The notes beneath the pieces were generated by a model. It was not told the origin of the DNA. It worked only from the letters and a program-made list of their open reading frames with translations, and did not search any database. The translations under genes and the position numbers were made by a program. DNA of 63,657 nt, counting the filler, from Octopus bimaculoides (Eukaryota), in NCBI RefSeq assembly GCF_001194135.2. It is 5 parts of 4 records of this genome, joined end to end, with 100 filler letters (N's around TTAATTAATTAA, not from the genome) between each part and the next. Parts side by side here need not be neighbours in the genome. Positions count along the whole stretch, not along the records: positions 62,653 to 63,657 come from NC_069000.1; 4 more parts are not named here. One strand, 5' to 3'. This document shows, one piece after another, positions 63,067-63,657 of this stretch (positions within the stretch are counted from its first letter, which is position 1; each line of letters opens with the position of its first letter).

Positions 63067-63401
63067 TTATTATTGGATGCTCCCAACTCGCAACATTTAA
63101 ACAACATAGGTTTCGGCTGTAATGTTAAACACGTTGGACTCTCACCACTGCTTGCACTTACAAGTTGTACGTATCCGAGGGTGGATGAGGAAGTAATTCA
63201 AACAGCACACCAATAATAAGAGAAAAGAAAATAGGTATAACTTGGTACACCTTCATTCCACAACACAGAGCATGTTTGGCGCTTGTAAGCTACATCTACT
63301 GGTGGCATTTATAGTATGATGTCATGTCTTACCAAATAATGAAACATATGCAAGCAACAATTGGAATAAAAGAATACCAAGTTAGGCCCATGATCTTTCT
63401 T

Positions 63402-63465
<64 letters not shown>

Positions 63466-63657
63466 GTACATGAAATGGCTCTGACGAAAGTAGCATTGAC
63501 TTTCTTTTAGGTCGTTCAATTTTTCTCAGCTGTTCAAGCGACCGATTGACTAAACCTATCAGTAACATACCTATAATGATTACTGGAAACAGCTGTAAGC
63601 CAAATTTGTTCCAGTAAATGTAAAATATGTAATGACAATTATTTATAGCTTGTCTTG

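Overview
AT-rich, microsatellite-dense animal DNA. The repeat families resemble those of octopod cephalopods (recognised from memory, not database-verified). The window is not one continuous contig: four identical 100-nt spacers (44 N + TTAATTAATTAA + 44 N) split it into five pieces. No complete host gene is visible, only a few candidate exons. Recognisable content is almost all mobile DNA: a Chapaev3-type transposon with both ends and its TAA target duplication, several RTE LINEs, Tx1/L1, CR1 and R4/Dong LINE remnants, Penelope-like elements (PLEs; RT and GIY-YIG), Tigger and mariner scraps, MITE and Helentron-like elements, and at least three tRNA-type SINE families. Most notable observations: (i) about eleven type I hammerhead ribozyme motifs of several designs, including two with intact cores, one with a branched ~120-nt stem II, and a pair inside an 82-bp-arm palindrome; (ii) two independent 5S rRNA + tRNA-SINE fusions suggesting a composite SINE; (iii) a PHD-like finger inside RTE reverse transcriptase; (iv) a CpG-decay domain within one assembly piece; (v) possible signal-peptide and ectodomain exons of a secreted or membrane protein. 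Hammerheads in PLEs are a known phenomenon; novelty here would be in the specific variants.
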